64,000 nt of DNA, taken from Candidatus Bathyarchaeota archaeon (lineage in GTDB: Archaea; Thermoproteota; Bathyarchaeia; Bathyarchaeales; Bathycorpusculaceae). The stretch spans positions 29,182 to 93,181 of the forward strand of contig JAFGNM010000117.1 in the NCBI GenBank assembly GCA_016927015.1, in the 5' to 3' direction. Below the pieces are notes generated by a model. The model saw only the letters and a list, made by a program, of their open reading frames with translations. It was not told where the DNA came from and did not search any database. Each line of letters begins with the position of its first letter. Positions within the stretch are counted from its first letter, which is position 1. The translations under genes and the position numbers were made by a program. Below, in pieces: positions 44,025-52,830 of this stretch.

Positions 44025-44962
44025 CGTGCAGTACCTCTTCGGTCAAGCAGCAAGCCCTGCAAGCCCTCTTCCAACGCCACTTTGGGCGCGTAGGCAAAGG
44101 CTTTCCGCGCTTTCGAGGGGTCGGCAACGCTGTGCGGTATATCGCCTTCTCTTGAAGGTTCATGTATGAGGCCGCAGTCTCTGCCTGAAAGGCTCAAAAC
44201 CGTCTTAGCTAAATCACTAATCGAAACCGCTTTGCCGTAACCAACGTTAAAGATTTCTCCGGCACAGTCATCTTTCATCAGCGTCAGAACCGCGTTAGCT
44301 ACGTCCGTAACGTGAACGAAGTCTCGGGTTTGCGAACCATCACCGTAAATCACAAGAGGCTGACCTTTTTCGGCGCGTTCCATAAACTTTGTTATGACGC
44401 CGCTGTATTCGCCCGAGGTTTGCCGTGGACCGTACACGTTGAACAAGCGCAGAACAACCACATCTAAACCTGACCGCCCAAAGAGCGCTTGGCAACAGCC
44501 TTCGCCCTCAAGCTTGGAAGCCGCATAAGGCGAAATAGGACAAGTCGGGTGAGCCTCGTCAACAGGCAGGTACCGGGGCGCTCCATAAACGGAACACGAA
44601 GAAACGAAAATGAACTTCTTCACGCCGCTCCGAACGCATGCCTCAAGCAGACCACGCGTGCCCTCAACGTTGACTTCGTAAGTGAGACGAGGGTTCTCCA
44701 CCGAAAACGGCACGCTAACAATCGCGGCTAAATGGACAACCGCGTCCACATCATGAACCAGCTTACCGATTGTTTCGCGGTCTTGAACATCCGCCTTGAC
44801 AAAATCAACTGACCCACGATTGACATGCGCGCTGATATTAGCAAAGTTGCCAGTGGAAAGGTTATCAACCACACCAACGCAGCAACCCTCATCCACCAGC
44901 CGGTCCACCACATGACTTCCGATGAAGCCAGCGCCGCCCGTCACAAGCACTCTACTGTTCAA
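44021..44962 (-). CDS. NAD-dependent nucleotide-sugar epimerase (GalE-like SDR)
   Basis: VLVTGGAGFIGSHVVDRL, SSCSVYG and YAASKLEGE motifs. Confidence 0.85.
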   Translation of the reverse strand: MNSRVLVTGGAGFIGSHVVDRLVDEGCCVGVVDNLSTGNFANISAHVNRGSVDFVKADVQDRETIGKLVHDVDAVVHLAAIVSVPFSVENPRLTYEVNVEGTRGLLEACVRSGVKKFIFVSSCSVYGAPRYLPVDEAHPTCPISPYAASKLEGEGCCQALFGRSGLDVVVLRLFNVYGPRQTSGEYSGVITKFMERAEKGQPLVIYGDGSQTRDFVHVTDVANAVLTLMKDDCAGEIFNVGYGKAVSISDLAKTVLSLSGRDCGLIHEPSREGDIPHSVADPSKARKAFAYAPKVALEEGLQGLLLDRRGTAR

Positions 44963-46210
44963 CTAACGTAAACCAGCCGCAAGCCGCTCTTCTGGCCTGC
45001 CAGTGACTTGACCTGAATGTTCCGTTTTCCGCCAACGCCGCTTTCTTCGTAGTGCGATCTCAAGCAACGCGTACATGGCTATGAAGCTCTGGAATCCCCA
45101 GTAAACGTAGATGAAGGGAAGCCACAACACGTTTCTCAACCTGAAAGGTTTCGCCATGCACGCGAGAGCCACCCCGACCAAGCCTAAAATGAACAGAGTG
45201 AAAACACAGGTGAACTGAGCGATCACAGTAGTAACCAAAGTGGAGGGCACTGAGAAAGCCCAGAAAGGCGCAAAATAGTTTACCACACATAATAGTATCA
45301 TGAAAGTGCCAAAAAGCGTCATTTCCGCGTCAAAGCGTCTCAGACTCGGCTTCTTCATTAACCTGCCAAACCTTAACCCAACCTCAATGTTTCCTCTAAA
45401 CCACCGCGACCTCTGAGCCAGCAGGCTCTTAACGTTAAAGGGGCTCTCCTCAAAAGTTCGCACTTCAGAAGCATAACGAATAACGTTGCCCTGTTCAATT
45501 AACCTCACCGAAAGTTCCGTGTCTTCACCAAGGCAATCCTCATTCCACCCGCCAACCGCATCCAAAGCCGACTTCCGGATGAACTGGCACGTCCCAGCCA
45601 AACCAACATACAAGTCAAGCGCATCTTTCCCCTGCAAATAAAGCTCATACTGAACCGCACACTCGTAAGAGATGAAACGCGTCAACATGTTCTGCTCCGA
45701 ATTAATCGAGCATATCCTCCCCTGCACCCCAGCCACCAACGGCTCCTCAAAGTATCCAGCCGCCTTCAAGAGAGCATCAGGTTCTGGAACACTGTCACCA
45801 TCAAAAGTGGCAACTACCTCACCATGAGCGTAATTCACTCCAAAGTTAAGAGCGCCTGCCTTAGTTGTCGAACTAGCCCTTTCCAAGACTCTGACTTCAG
45901 GATGAGACACGGAATACTGACGACAAATTTCGCCAGTTCTGTCAGTTGAAGCATCATTAACCACGATGATTTCTTTCTTACCTGAGGGATAATTCAAGCT
46001 CGTCAACGCGTTTAACAATCTGGCAACAACTTTCTCCTCGTTTTTCACGGGAATAATTATGGAAACCATCGGAAGCTCATGTCCCGCATTTTCAACAGGC
46101 TTTGTCTCTTTCTTGCGGGTTCGCCAAAGCTTCCAGAAGCCCGTGACGACGACGGGAATGTTATAAAGTGTAAAAGCAAAAAACGTCAAAAGTATCGCAG
46201 TGAAAATCAT
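44963..46210 (-). CDS. processive GT2 polysaccharide synthase (NodC/cellulose/PNAG-synthase-like)
   Basis: An N-terminal TM is followed by VSIIIPVKNEEKVV, FDGDSVPEPD and GEDTELSVRL. The Q(R/Q)xRW motif is LLAQRSRWFRG. Additional C-terminal TM helices follow. Confidence 0.8.
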   Translation of the reverse strand: MIFTAILLTFFAFTLYNIPVVVTGFWKLWRTRKKETKPVENAGHELPMVSIIIPVKNEEKVVARLLNALTSLNYPSGKKEIIVVNDASTDRTGEICRQYSVSHPEVRVLERASSTTKAGALNFGVNYAHGEVVATFDGDSVPEPDALLKAAGYFEEPLVAGVQGRICSINSEQNMLTRFISYECAVQYELYLQGKDALDLYVGLAGTCQFIRKSALDAVGGWNEDCLGEDTELSVRLIEQGNVIRYASEVRTFEESPFNVKSLLAQRSRWFRGNIEVGLRFGRLMKKPSLRRFDAEMTLFGTFMILLCVVNYFAPFWAFSVPSTLVTTVIAQFTCVFTLFILGLVGVALACMAKPFRLRNVLWLPFIYVYWGFQSFIAMYALLEIALRRKRRWRKTEHSGQVTGRPEERLAAGLR

Positions 46211-46348
46211 AAAGACTATGTTTATTTTTCAAACCGCCTTAACAGTGACAAAGCGCATAGAATAAAGTAACTGAATTGGCTTAAATAGTAAATCCGTTGA
46301 AGATGCGTTACAGACCGTCTCTAAACATCAATGGTTTGTCGCTCCGCA

Positions 46349-46762
46349 TCATCCGCTGAACAGCTTAGGTTCATTAAGAGAAAAAGCCGCCAAGTATCTC
46401 GCAAAAACTTCATCAGACGCCCATTTTCCTGCAGACTCGTTGCCCCATTTTTGGGCGATCAAGCCAAGCCTGCGGGCAATTGGGAACCCTACTTCTTTGA
46501 CGGCGCGCTGAAACCTGCTTTCCATGATGCTTTCCAGTTTTCTAATAACGGTAAGGATGTTCTTTGCCAAGGTGAAGCTGCGAACAGTGCCGGCGACTTT
46601 TATCGTTAAATCAACAAGTACTCGGTCAATTCTAGGCAGAGCTTTGAACCACACGCCGGAGCGCATGGCCTTCAACTTCAGTTTCATTAGTTGCGCTTTT
46701 TCCAGAAAGCCGGAATCTGCATCATGAAGCATGTTAGGCATATCGGGTTTATTCCTTCTCAT
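46349..46762 (-). CDS. hypothetical protein
   Basis: 137-aa ORF with no motif recognised. The antisense ORFs look like shadows. Confidence 0.45.
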   Translation of the reverse strand: MRRNKPDMPNMLHDADSGFLEKAQLMKLKLKAMRSGVWFKALPRIDRVLVDLTIKVAGTVRSFTLAKNILTVIRKLESIMESRFQRAVKEVGFPIARRLGLIAQKWGNESAGKWASDEVFARYLAAFSLNEPKLFSG

Positions 46763-47224
46763 TTCTTAAATCGGAATTCTTATTCTATATCCGAATACGA
46801 ACACATACTTTAATCTCAACATCATAAAAGACTTGCTGATTTTCAATAAGTAGTCTTGTTACAGAATTGCCTCTAAAATGTCCAAAATAAACCCTGCGAA
46901 AAACTCATAAAAATCGTAAATTCAAGTTTAAAGCAAGAATCATACGTACCCCCCTTGCCAAATTAACCCAAAACAGTATAAAATTTAATAGCAAAACTGA
47001 AGTCACTTAGAAAGTGCATACACACAAAACAGTAACTGGAATAACACAAAAAACTCTGGAAAACGCGGCTGAAGAACGAAAAGTTTCAACAGATGACTTG
47101 TTAGAGGCTCACCGTTACCAGATAATGCTCAGATTGAGTCAGTCTATAAGAACTTCACGTAAGAATTTGATAAGGGTCGCAAATAACTGGGTTCTTGTAG
47201 TAAACAATTAGAACAGCGTAGATT

Positions 47225-47650
47225 TTAAGAGATCTTCAATAGGATACGTTCTGGAACGCCTTGATTTTCAACAACTAAGAGTTTCATGCCCTCAGTTTCG
47301 CCGAGTTGATCAAGTGGTTTCAGTGCTTCACGGGCTTTTTGCAACGTTAGCAGAAGCTCTTGATGACTGCGCACTACAGATTCTATGGCTGTCAGTTCAT
47401 CTAACGGGGTGGCTTCTAACACAATTTTGATGCTGCCTACGCTGATTTCGCCCAGGCTTTCGCTATCGGCTTTTTTGCCTGCTAGTTTCATGACTACTTG
47501 GCGGATTCTCTTCGACTTTTCTGCTAACGAACGGATTTCGTCTAGTCGACGTAGGTATTCGCCCAGAGTGCTTTTCGTGTGGGAAATTTGCTTATCTAAG
47601 GTTTCTTCTATTTCTTCGGTTGAATTAAATTCTTTAATTTCAACTACCAC
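47225..47650 (-). CDS. hypothetical coiled-coil protein
   Basis: 141-aa ORF, charged and heptad-like (EETLDKQISHTKSTLGEYLRRLDEIRSLAEKSK). Confidence 0.5.
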   Translation of the reverse strand: MVVEIKEFNSTEEIEETLDKQISHTKSTLGEYLRRLDEIRSLAEKSKRIRQVVMKLAGKKADSESLGEISVGSIKIVLEATPLDELTAIESVVRSHQELLLTLQKAREALKPLDQLGETEGMKLLVVENQGVPERILLKIS

Positions 47651-47843
47651 TCTGCATACCCTCGATGTTTACAGGCATGGAGTAAGGAAGGAGGTTAAAT
47701 TAAATCTTATTAATTAATATACAATATTTTCCCTTCATATAGCAAACACACATTGGCATTACTACGCGAACTGGTTCTGTAATAATTATTTTTAAACCAT
47801 AATGGTTAAGTTGATTTTATTCTAACTTGTTTTTGGAATCGAA

Positions 47844-48119
47844 ATGCGCGGCATAGATGGAATAGGTAATTGGATTCTAGTGATTATGGCTACAGCTTCA
47901 GTTATTTCAATGATAGCTGTTCTTAGTTTAAACAGCATAGTCAGTCAAGACCTTCCCTCGTATGGGCTTCAGTTTAACTATGGTTGGGCGATACCGTATT
48001 GGAATACAATTTCAATCGTTTTTGTTATGGCCTGGATCAACATAATAGCAGCAATAGCCTTTCAGATATACAGGATAAGAACTATCCGAAAAGACGAAGT
48101 GCAAAACGCTGAGATATAA
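47844..48119 (+). CDS. small two-TM membrane protein, third member of the YGLxFxxxWAxxY family
   Basis: 91 aa. The loop PSYGLQFNYGWAIPYW lies between two hydrophobic helices. Confidence 0.55.
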   Translation: MRGIDGIGNWILVIMATASVISMIAVLSLNSIVSQDLPSYGLQFNYGWAIPYWNTISIVFVMAWINIIAAIAFQIYRIRTIRKDEVQNAEI

Positions 48120-48375
48120 AAATAGTCTGTTTCAAGGTTGAAAACAACGCCTTCAAATCTAACGCGTAACTTCTGTTAAATCTGAAAATTTTAAAGAAGC
48201 ACATTCCATATAACTAAATCCGCGTACAAAAAAGGTTTAATTTGGAGAGATTGAACCTCAACCTCATACATATCTCAAGAAATTGCGGGCGTAAACAAAA
48301 GCAATATGAACCAAGAAGCTTTCTTAACTGTTAGTTGCAAAGTAGATATTACATGCTGCAAAGAGAGACATCAAA

Positions 48376-48732
48376 ATGAAATCCGCCGCAAAACAAATAG
48401 CTAGGCAGCGAATACAGCTTCTGTTTCAGCAAGCTAAAACTGTCTACCGTGATAATCCTCAGCTCTCTAGCCGCTACGTTGCAACTGCCAGAAAAATAGC
48501 TATGGCAGCAAGAATACCCTTACCAACAGTGCACAAGCGCCAGGCCTGCAAAAACTGTAACACGTTGCTTGTGCAGGGTGAAAATTGCCGCGTGCGAATA
48601 AGGCAGAAAAGGGAGCCTCACGTAGTTATTACGTGTCTAAGCTGCGGCTGCAAAACGCGTATACCTTTGAAAAAGAAGAGGGAGAAAACAAAACTTGAGC
48701 GAGATAACTACCAGAATGAAACGTCATGTTAG
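48376..48732 (+). CDS. rnp4: RNase P protein component 4 (Rpp21/Rpr2)
   Basis: RIQLLFQQAK...SSRYVATARKIAMAARIPLP, followed by the zinc ribbon CKNC...CLSCG. Confidence 0.85.
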   Translation: MKSAAKQIARQRIQLLFQQAKTVYRDNPQLSSRYVATARKIAMAARIPLPTVHKRQACKNCNTLLVQGENCRVRIRQKREPHVVITCLSCGCKTRIPLKKKREKTKLERDNYQNETSC

Positions 48733-48985
48733 GCATAAGCTGAAGGACGAAAAGCCAACCATATGGATCGGCAAAGACGGCTTGACTCCTCAGCTTTCGA
48801 TTGAGATTGAGAAACAACTGAATAAAAGCAGGATGCTTAAAGTGAAAATCTTGAAAAGCGCGTTGCAACAGGAAACCGCGAAGGCCATCGCGACGAAGGC
48901 TGCTGCAGATGCTGGCGCGGCGTTAGTTGAGGTTAGAGGTCACGTTTTCATTCTTTACAGACGCCACAAGAAACCACCGCCTTAG
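48716..48985 (+). CDS. CRS1/YhbY (CRM-domain) RNA-binding protein
   Basis: KLKDEKPTIWIGKDGLTPQLSIEIEKQLNKSRMLKVKIL...VEVRGHVFILYR fits the YhbY fold pattern. The ORF-track TTG at 48695 is an alternative start. Confidence 0.75.
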   Translation: MKRHVRHKLKDEKPTIWIGKDGLTPQLSIEIEKQLNKSRMLKVKILKSALQQETAKAIATKAAADAGAALVEVRGHVFILYRRHKKPPP

Positions 48986-49110
48986 CATCAATGCACTGCA
49001 TCCTCAACCCGCAAAGTACTATGAGTTTGAGGTGGAAACCCGCGTGAAGATGAGATTAGGTAGGAAAACCTAAATGTACTACCTTGCTACATGTACTACT
49101 TGTGCTAAGT

Positions 49111-49341
49111 ATGGAAAATGAGGTTGTAGTGACTAGAAAAGGACAAACAACCATTCCAGCAAGGCTTCGCAAAAAGTTCAAGATTGAAGAAGGAACCCGG
49201 CTTGAGGTTGTTGAAACCGAAGAAGGAATACTCTTCAAGCCCAAAATGTCAACATGGGACCTCGCAGGCTCAGGCGCAAAATTTGCCACTCCCGAAGAAA
49301 TGAAGAAACTTTTGGACAAGCTCAGGGAAGAAGATGTCTAG
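49111..49341 (+). CDS. vapB: AbrB/SpoVT-type antitoxin
   Basis: MENEVVVTRKGQTTIPARLRKKFKIEEGTRLEVVE. It overlaps the PIN gene by 8 nt. Confidence 0.8.
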   Translation: MENEVVVTRKGQTTIPARLRKKFKIEEGTRLEVVETEEGILFKPKMSTWDLAGSGAKFATPEEMKKLLDKLREEDV

Positions 49342-49717
49342 AGCAGTTTACGATACGCGGTTCTTTGTTGAGTTTTATTATTCCAAAGACGACGAAACGC
49401 TCCAGAGAATGAAAGAGGAAAAAAAGCAGCGAGAGAAGTTCATCTCAACCGTCGTGATTCATGAAGTTTACAGGCTTACACTTACACGTGAAGGCCGAGA
49501 AACCGCGGCGCTGAGAGCAACGCTGTTGAAACAGGACTTCAAAGTAGTCTCCGTGACCGCTGAGATTGCAAAAATCTCTGCTGAACTGAGGCATAAATAC
49601 AAACTCTCAATGGCGGATAGCATGATTGCGGCAACAGCCTCCAGCTTAAAGGCTGCCTGCGTTTCAGACGACCCGCATTTTAACAGCATCAAAGAAATCA
49701 AGACCGTTTGGATATGA
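49334..49717 (+). CDS. vapC: PIN-domain ribonuclease toxin
   Basis: Conserved acidic positions are in VYDTRFF, ...HEV..., ADSMIAATA and SDDPHF. Confidence 0.8.
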   Translation: MSRAVYDTRFFVEFYYSKDDETLQRMKEEKKQREKFISTVVIHEVYRLTLTREGRETAALRATLLKQDFKVVSVTAEIAKISAELRHKYKLSMADSMIAATASSLKAACVSDDPHFNSIKEIKTVWI

Positions 49718-49781
49718 AAACTTCAAACTTGTTCGCCACTTTCGGTTTATTCCATTAAGCCCAACGCGTAGGTAAGCCCCA

Positions 49782-49829
49782 ATATTTGGATCCTAATAGA
49801 AATAGTATGCAGAAACCTATAGGGGGTCT
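49782..49829 (+). repeat. ~50-nt dispersed intergenic element, copy 1
   Basis: ATATTTGGATCCTAATAGAAATAGTATGCAGAAACCTATAGGGGGTCT, about 135 nt upstream of rps19e and in the same orientation. Confidence 0.8.
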
Positions 49830-49900
49830 GCTCACAGAGTTTCTGTGCTTTACATAAGGCGGCTATGGTCTTTTTCGAGCAGAATCGTTCCAGAAAAGTG

Positions 49901-49914
49901 AAAGCCTTTATATT
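49901..49914 (+). promoter_or_regulatory. candidate BRE/TATA promoter element for the rps19e operon
   Basis: AAAGCCTTTATATT resembles the archaeal purine-rich BRE plus TTTAWA TATA box. It lies about 50 nt upstream of the start at 49963. Confidence 0.35.
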
Positions 49915-49962
49915 TGGCTTCCCTGTTTTACTGCAAGGAAAAATCAAAAGGAACAAGGCACA

Positions 49963-50427
49963 TTGACAACTCCTTACGACGTTCCAGCATACAAATTCAT
50001 AGAAAAACTATCCAAGTATCTAAAGGATAATGTTGATGAAGTGCAACCTCCCGCATGGGCAAGTGTGGCTAAAACTGGCTCCCACGTGGAAAAGCCGCCT
50101 CAGAACCCCAACTGGTGGTACATACGCGGCGCTTCAATACTTCGCAAGATATACGTTCACGGTCCCATAGGCATAGAGAAACTGCGCGCTGACTACGGAG
50201 GAAGAAAAGACTTCGGCGTCAAACCAGAGCACGCAGTGAAAGCAGGCGGAAGCAACATCAGGAAAATTCTGCAGCAGCTAGAAGCAGCAGAGTTGATTCA
50301 AAAGGCAAGCTCTCGGGGAAGAATCATGGCTCCGAAAGGACGAAAACTTCTGCAGGAAGTGGCTGAGGACCTGCATAAAGATATGGTGAAAGCAGTTCCT
50401 GAGCTCAAGAAATATCAAGGCGAATGA
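49963..50427 (+). CDS. rps19e: 30S ribosomal protein eS19
   Basis: PAWASVAKTGSHVEKPPQNPNWWYIRGASILRKIYVHGPIGIEKLRADYGG. TTG start. Confidence 0.9.
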   Translation: MTTPYDVPAYKFIEKLSKYLKDNVDEVQPPAWASVAKTGSHVEKPPQNPNWWYIRGASILRKIYVHGPIGIEKLRADYGGRKDFGVKPEHAVKAGGSNIRKILQQLEAAELIQKASSRGRIMAPKGRKLLQEVAEDLHKDMVKAVPELKKYQGE

Positions 50428-50428
50428 G

Positions 50429-50758
50429 ATGTCAGATGAAGAGCTTGATGATATTCGCAGAAGAAAACTTTTAGCCATGCAGCAACGAACGACTAATGAT
50501 CAAAGGCAAGGTCAAGCAGAGCGGCAGTTGGAAGCGCAGAAGCAGGCGCTGCTGAGACAGATACTTTCGCCTGAGGCTAGGCAAAGGCTGACGAACTTGA
50601 ACATGGTTAAGCCGGAGTTCACGGAACAGTTGGAACTTCAACTAATACAGTTGGCGCAAGCAGGCAAATTGCCCATCCCGTTATCGGATGCGCAACTGAA
50701 ACAAATATTAATCCAGCTTCAATCTCGGAAGCGAGAAACAAAAATAAGAAGGATATGA
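50429..50758 (+). CDS. PDCD5/TFAR19-like dsDNA-binding protein
   Basis: EELDDIRRRKLLAMQ...LLRQILSPEARQRLTNLNMVKPEFTEQLELQLIQLAQAGKL. Confidence 0.8.
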   Translation: MSDEELDDIRRRKLLAMQQRTTNDQRQGQAERQLEAQKQALLRQILSPEARQRLTNLNMVKPEFTEQLELQLIQLAQAGKLPIPLSDAQLKQILIQLQSRKRETKIRRI

Positions 50759-50761
50759 AAG

Positions 50762-50920
50762 ATGGCGCGAGTTAAACCTCCAGCTAAAAAACGTAGGTTG
50801 GCTAAAGCTAACAAAGAGAAAAAGGCTGTTCCAACCTGGGTAATAGTGCGGACTGATGGAAAAGTTAGGACAAACCCTAAGCGAAGAAGAAACTGGAGAA
50901 CAGGGAAAATAAAGCCCTAG
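50762..50920 (+). CDS. rpl39e: 50S ribosomal protein eL39 (52 aa, below the ORF-track cutoff)
   Basis: Hand translation gives [52 protein letters not shown]. Confidence 0.85.
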   Translation: MARVKPPAKKRRLAKANKEKKAVPTWVIVRTDGKVRTNPKRRRNWRTGKIKP

Positions 50921-50935
50921 GAGAGTTAGGAACCA

Positions 50936-51460
50936 ATGAGTAAAGAAGCCAAAGAGCAAGTTTCTGAAGAAGTGCAAGTCGAAGAGAAAGTAGTAAAAGC
51001 GGAAGAAGCGGTTAGCGAAGAGAAAACTGCTGACGAAATCGAAGAACTCTTAGCGGAAGACGAACCCGCAGAGGAACCGCTTGAGGCTGAAGAGGAAGCT
51101 GCACCGGCGGAAGAAGAGGAAGCCAAACCTCGGCGAGGGAAAAAGAAGGAAGAGGAAGAAGAGTTCGTTGAGGAAAGAGTTTACACGATTCCGTTGGGGA
51201 AAGCATGGGTTAGACCGCCGAAGAAGAGAGCTCCTCGGGCTATGCAGCTGATTAAAGACTTCGTAACTAAGCACATGAAACTGGAAATGCGCGTTGAAGA
51301 GGAAGAGGAAAAAGAAGAATTACCTAGGCTTATAATAAGCAATGATGTTAACGAGAAAGTTTGGAGCCGAAGCATCGAGAAGCCTCCGCGGAAGATCCGG
51401 GTGCGCGCCGCTAAAGACAAGGAAGGTAATGTTACCGTTTTCTTGGCTGAAGGAGAATAA
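50936..51460 (+). CDS. rpl31e: 50S ribosomal protein eL31 with a ~85-aa acidic N-terminal extension
   Basis: The core is ERVYTIPLGKAWVRPPKKRAPRAMQLIKDFVTKHMK...NDVNEKVWSRSIEKPPRKIRVRAAKDKEGNVTVFLAE. The preceding region is E/A/K-rich, with no internal ATG/GTG/TTG just before the core. Confidence 0.8.
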   Translation: MSKEAKEQVSEEVQVEEKVVKAEEAVSEEKTADEIEELLAEDEPAEEPLEAEEEAAPAEEEEAKPRRGKKKEEEEEFVEERVYTIPLGKAWVRPPKKRAPRAMQLIKDFVTKHMKLEMRVEEEEEKEELPRLIISNDVNEKVWSRSIEKPPRKIRVRAAKDKEGNVTVFLAEGE

Positions 51461-51463
51461 TCC

Positions 51464-52144
51464 TTGGCCGTTTACTTATGGAGCATCGTTGGAAGCGCAA
51501 GCATAGGCGTTTACTCGCTTGCCAATGACAAGATTGTTATAATTCCGACGATGGTTCCGCTGGAAAAAGCCGAGAAAACAGCTGAATGGTTGCAGGTGAA
51601 ACTCGTTTACACTTCCATAAGCGGTTCCGTGCTGGCTGGCGCGTTGGCTTGCGCAAACTCCAATGGAATTCTGCTTCCTAGCTTAGTCAGAGACGAAGAA
51701 CTAGCTGCAATCAAAGCGTCGTTTGAAGGCAACATCACGGTTATGGAGACGAAAAAGACAGCTTACGGTAACTTGGTCTTAGCCAACGACAATGGCGCGG
51801 TTGTTGACCCGCTTTTCAAGGAGCGTGAAATAAGGCAAATCGCCGATACATTGGGCGTTGAGGCGGTTCCAAGCGAGATTGCCGGGTTGCCTTATGTCGG
51901 GTCGTTGGCTGTGGCTACAAACAAAGGCGTTTTGGCTCATCCGTTGTTGAAGGATGAGGAAAGGAAAATTTTGGAAAACGTTTTCAAGGTTCCCGTTGAC
52001 GTAGGCACAATTAACTGTGGAATACCTTACGTGGGCACTGGCTTACTAGGCAACACGCACGCTGCTATTGCTGGTTCTATGACAACTGGACCCGAGATGT
52101 TTATAATTGGGAATGCACTGGATGTTGTGCAGGAAGATGAATAA
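51464..52144 (+). CDS. eif6: translation initiation factor 6
   Basis: 226 aa. IVGSASIGVYSLANDKIVIIP and pentein-repeat-like GS/GN motifs recur throughout. TTG start. Confidence 0.85.
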   Translation: MAVYLWSIVGSASIGVYSLANDKIVIIPTMVPLEKAEKTAEWLQVKLVYTSISGSVLAGALACANSNGILLPSLVRDEELAAIKASFEGNITVMETKKTAYGNLVLANDNGAVVDPLFKEREIRQIADTLGVEAVPSEIAGLPYVGSLAVATNKGVLAHPLLKDEERKILENVFKVPVDVGTINCGIPYVGTGLLGNTHAAIAGSMTTGPEMFIIGNALDVVQEDE

Positions 52145-52145
52145 A

Positions 52146-52373
52146 ATGAAGGTTTTCAGAGTAACAGGCGAGATTAACAAGCCTAAGTTGAAGACGTCGT
52201 TTGCGAAAGAAGTGATAGTGGATAAACCTGCGCATGCGGTTGAGAAGGTTTATGCCGAAATCGGCAGCAAACACCGCGTTAAAAGGTTCCACATCAAAAT
52301 ATTGAATGTTGAAGAGGTTTCGCCTGAAGAAATCGAGAATCCCATTTTGAAGAAAATAGTCACTGGTGAGTAA
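52146..52373 (+). CDS. rplX: 50S ribosomal protein LX (eL20/L18Ae family)
   Basis: MKVFRVTGEINKPKLKTSFAKEVIVDKPAHAVEKVYAEIGSKHRVKR. The ATG at 52146 is preferred over the track start at 52107. Confidence 0.8.
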   Translation: MKVFRVTGEINKPKLKTSFAKEVIVDKPAHAVEKVYAEIGSKHRVKRFHIKILNVEEVSPEEIENPILKKIVTGE

Positions 52374-52376
52374 GAC

Positions 52377-52826
52377 GTGGCAAACATGGCGAACAGAAGC
52401 ACAGCGGAAGAGGAACTTAACAGGCTCAGCATTGAAATGCGCTTTTTAGAGCAGACAGCCGAAACCTTGCAGCAGCGGATTGGCATGATTAACGCGGCTA
52501 TCAATGACTTGAATTACGCTAATATGACTTTGGAAGGCATGGAAACGGAAAAAGATGATGCGGAACTTCTTGTTCCAATAGGCGGCAGCTCCTACATAAA
52601 AGTGAAGCTTGCGAACACTGGCAAGGTGATTGTTGGAATGGGCGCAGGCGTATCCGTTGAGAAAACGCTGCCAGAGGCAAAGGCAATCGTCAAAGAGCGG
52701 TTAGATGATCTGGAGAAAACCATGATGTCCGCGCAGCAGCAGTTTGCACAGGTTGCCCAGAGAATTAACGCGGGCAGAAGCAGGCTCGAAAGTTTACTTG
52801 CTAAAGTGAGAGAAGGGACAACTTAA
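52377..52826 (+). CDS. pfdA: prefoldin alpha subunit
   Basis: A coiled coil, then the beta-hairpin block LLVPIGGSSYIKVKL...VIVGMGAGVSVEK, then a second coiled coil. GTG start. Confidence 0.85.
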   Translation: MANMANRSTAEEELNRLSIEMRFLEQTAETLQQRIGMINAAINDLNYANMTLEGMETEKDDAELLVPIGGSSYIKVKLANTGKVIVGMGAGVSVEKTLPEAKAIVKERLDDLEKTMMSAQQQFAQVAQRINAGRSRLESLLAKVREGTT

Positions 52827-52830
52827 CGAG

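Noticed and set aside
43861-44169. ORFs 43861-44169 (+) and 43948-44163 (-) at the GT-C/epimerase junction
   Set aside because: They overlap two confidently assigned minus-strand genes and have Arg/Pro-rich shadow composition.
47014-47211. 65-aa plus-strand ORF in the 460-nt AT-rich spacer
   Set aside because: It has a GTG start, no recognisable motif and no obvious promoter. It cannot be supported from sequence alone.
50926-51420. Four minus-strand ORFs (50926-51126, 51012-51206, 51050-51274, 51181-51420)
   Set aside because: They are reverse-strand readings of the GAA/GAG-rich acidic extension of rpl31e, giving Ser/Leu/Phe-rich low-complexity translations.
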